Below, in pieces: positions 60,991 through 61,312 of a stretch of 61,312 bases of DNA. Numbering within the stretch: the first letter of the stretch is position 1; each line of letters opens with the position of its first letter. The DNA is from Candidatus Bathyarchaeota archaeon. Lineage in GTDB: Archaea; Thermoproteota; Bathyarchaeia; Bathyarchaeales; Bathycorpusculaceae. A model generated the notes under the pieces. The model was not told where the DNA came from and searched no databases. It saw nothing but the letters and a program-made list of their open reading frames with translations. The position numbers and the translations under genes are program-made. Location of the stretch: assembly GCA_963739305.1 (NCBI GenBank), contig CAVTZU010000016.1, positions 1 to 61,312 of the forward strand, read 5' to 3'.

Positions 60991-61072
60991 CAACGTTTGT
61001 TGCTTGTGTTCGCGCGCGCGAAACTAAATGTTTTATACAAATAGCGGGAAATAAGATTGGGAGAGATGAAGA

Positions 61073-61312
61073 ATGGTGGCCAACAATCACGTGCTGCTCA
61101 AATGGTCGAACATAATTGCCTTTGCATTTACAGTAATAGTAAACAGTTTGGCAGGCGGCACCACGCTTATAGGCGGAGTGAACACAGCTCAAATCTCTGA
61201 TTCAAACCCTACATTGATTACCCCTGCAGGTTACGTGTTCTCCATATGGGGAGTAATCTATGTGTTGCTGGGCGTTTTCGTTATCTTCCAAGCTCTACCA
61301 AGCTAAAAAGAA
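61073..61312 (+). CDS. TspO/MBR-like membrane protein, N-terminal part
   Basis: NIIAF....VNSLA...T.QISD..PTLITPAGYVFSIWG.IY. TAA at 61304-61306 may be a miscalled CAA, with the gene running off the window end. Confidence 0.6.

Overview
Bases 1 to about 1375 are a high-GC, bacterial-looking fragment (lemA 3' end plus a truncated DUF2207 gene). It is joined abruptly to archaeal DNA of roughly 45-50% GC; TATA-type promoters, a PEF-CTERM tail and gene content suggest Bathyarchaeia (inference). After a few housekeeping genes (nadA, fmdE-like, DUF1893-thioredoxin, DUF2148, Lrp/AsnC), about 7.8-58.8 kb is dominated by secreted, sequon-rich modular proteins that look like an archaeal cohesin-dockerin (cellulosome-like) system. 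I count about 16 cohesin-like domains and 11 dockerins in two sequence classes. Three cohesin proteins have membrane or PEF-CTERM anchors, and one 3-cohesin+dockerin protein looks like an adaptor. Dockerin-bearing cargo includes a family-5 ABC substrate-binding protein, a GH113 hydrolase, an M14 peptidase, an S8 protease, a beta-helix protein and proteins with an unrecognised ~190-aa Trp-rich domain. Ten of the surface-protein genes share a TRGAA-N5-TTCC box exactly 7 nt upstream of a TATA-like element, suggesting one regulon. An Opp/Dpp-type ABC transporter and a cytoplasmic GH1 glycosidase lie in the same region. Many genes at about 9.2-28.7 kb and 44.8-49.1 kb are broken by indels that look like long-read errors. 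I saw no rRNA, tRNA, CRISPR array or mobile element. All domain calls come from recognising motifs by eye, not from database searches.
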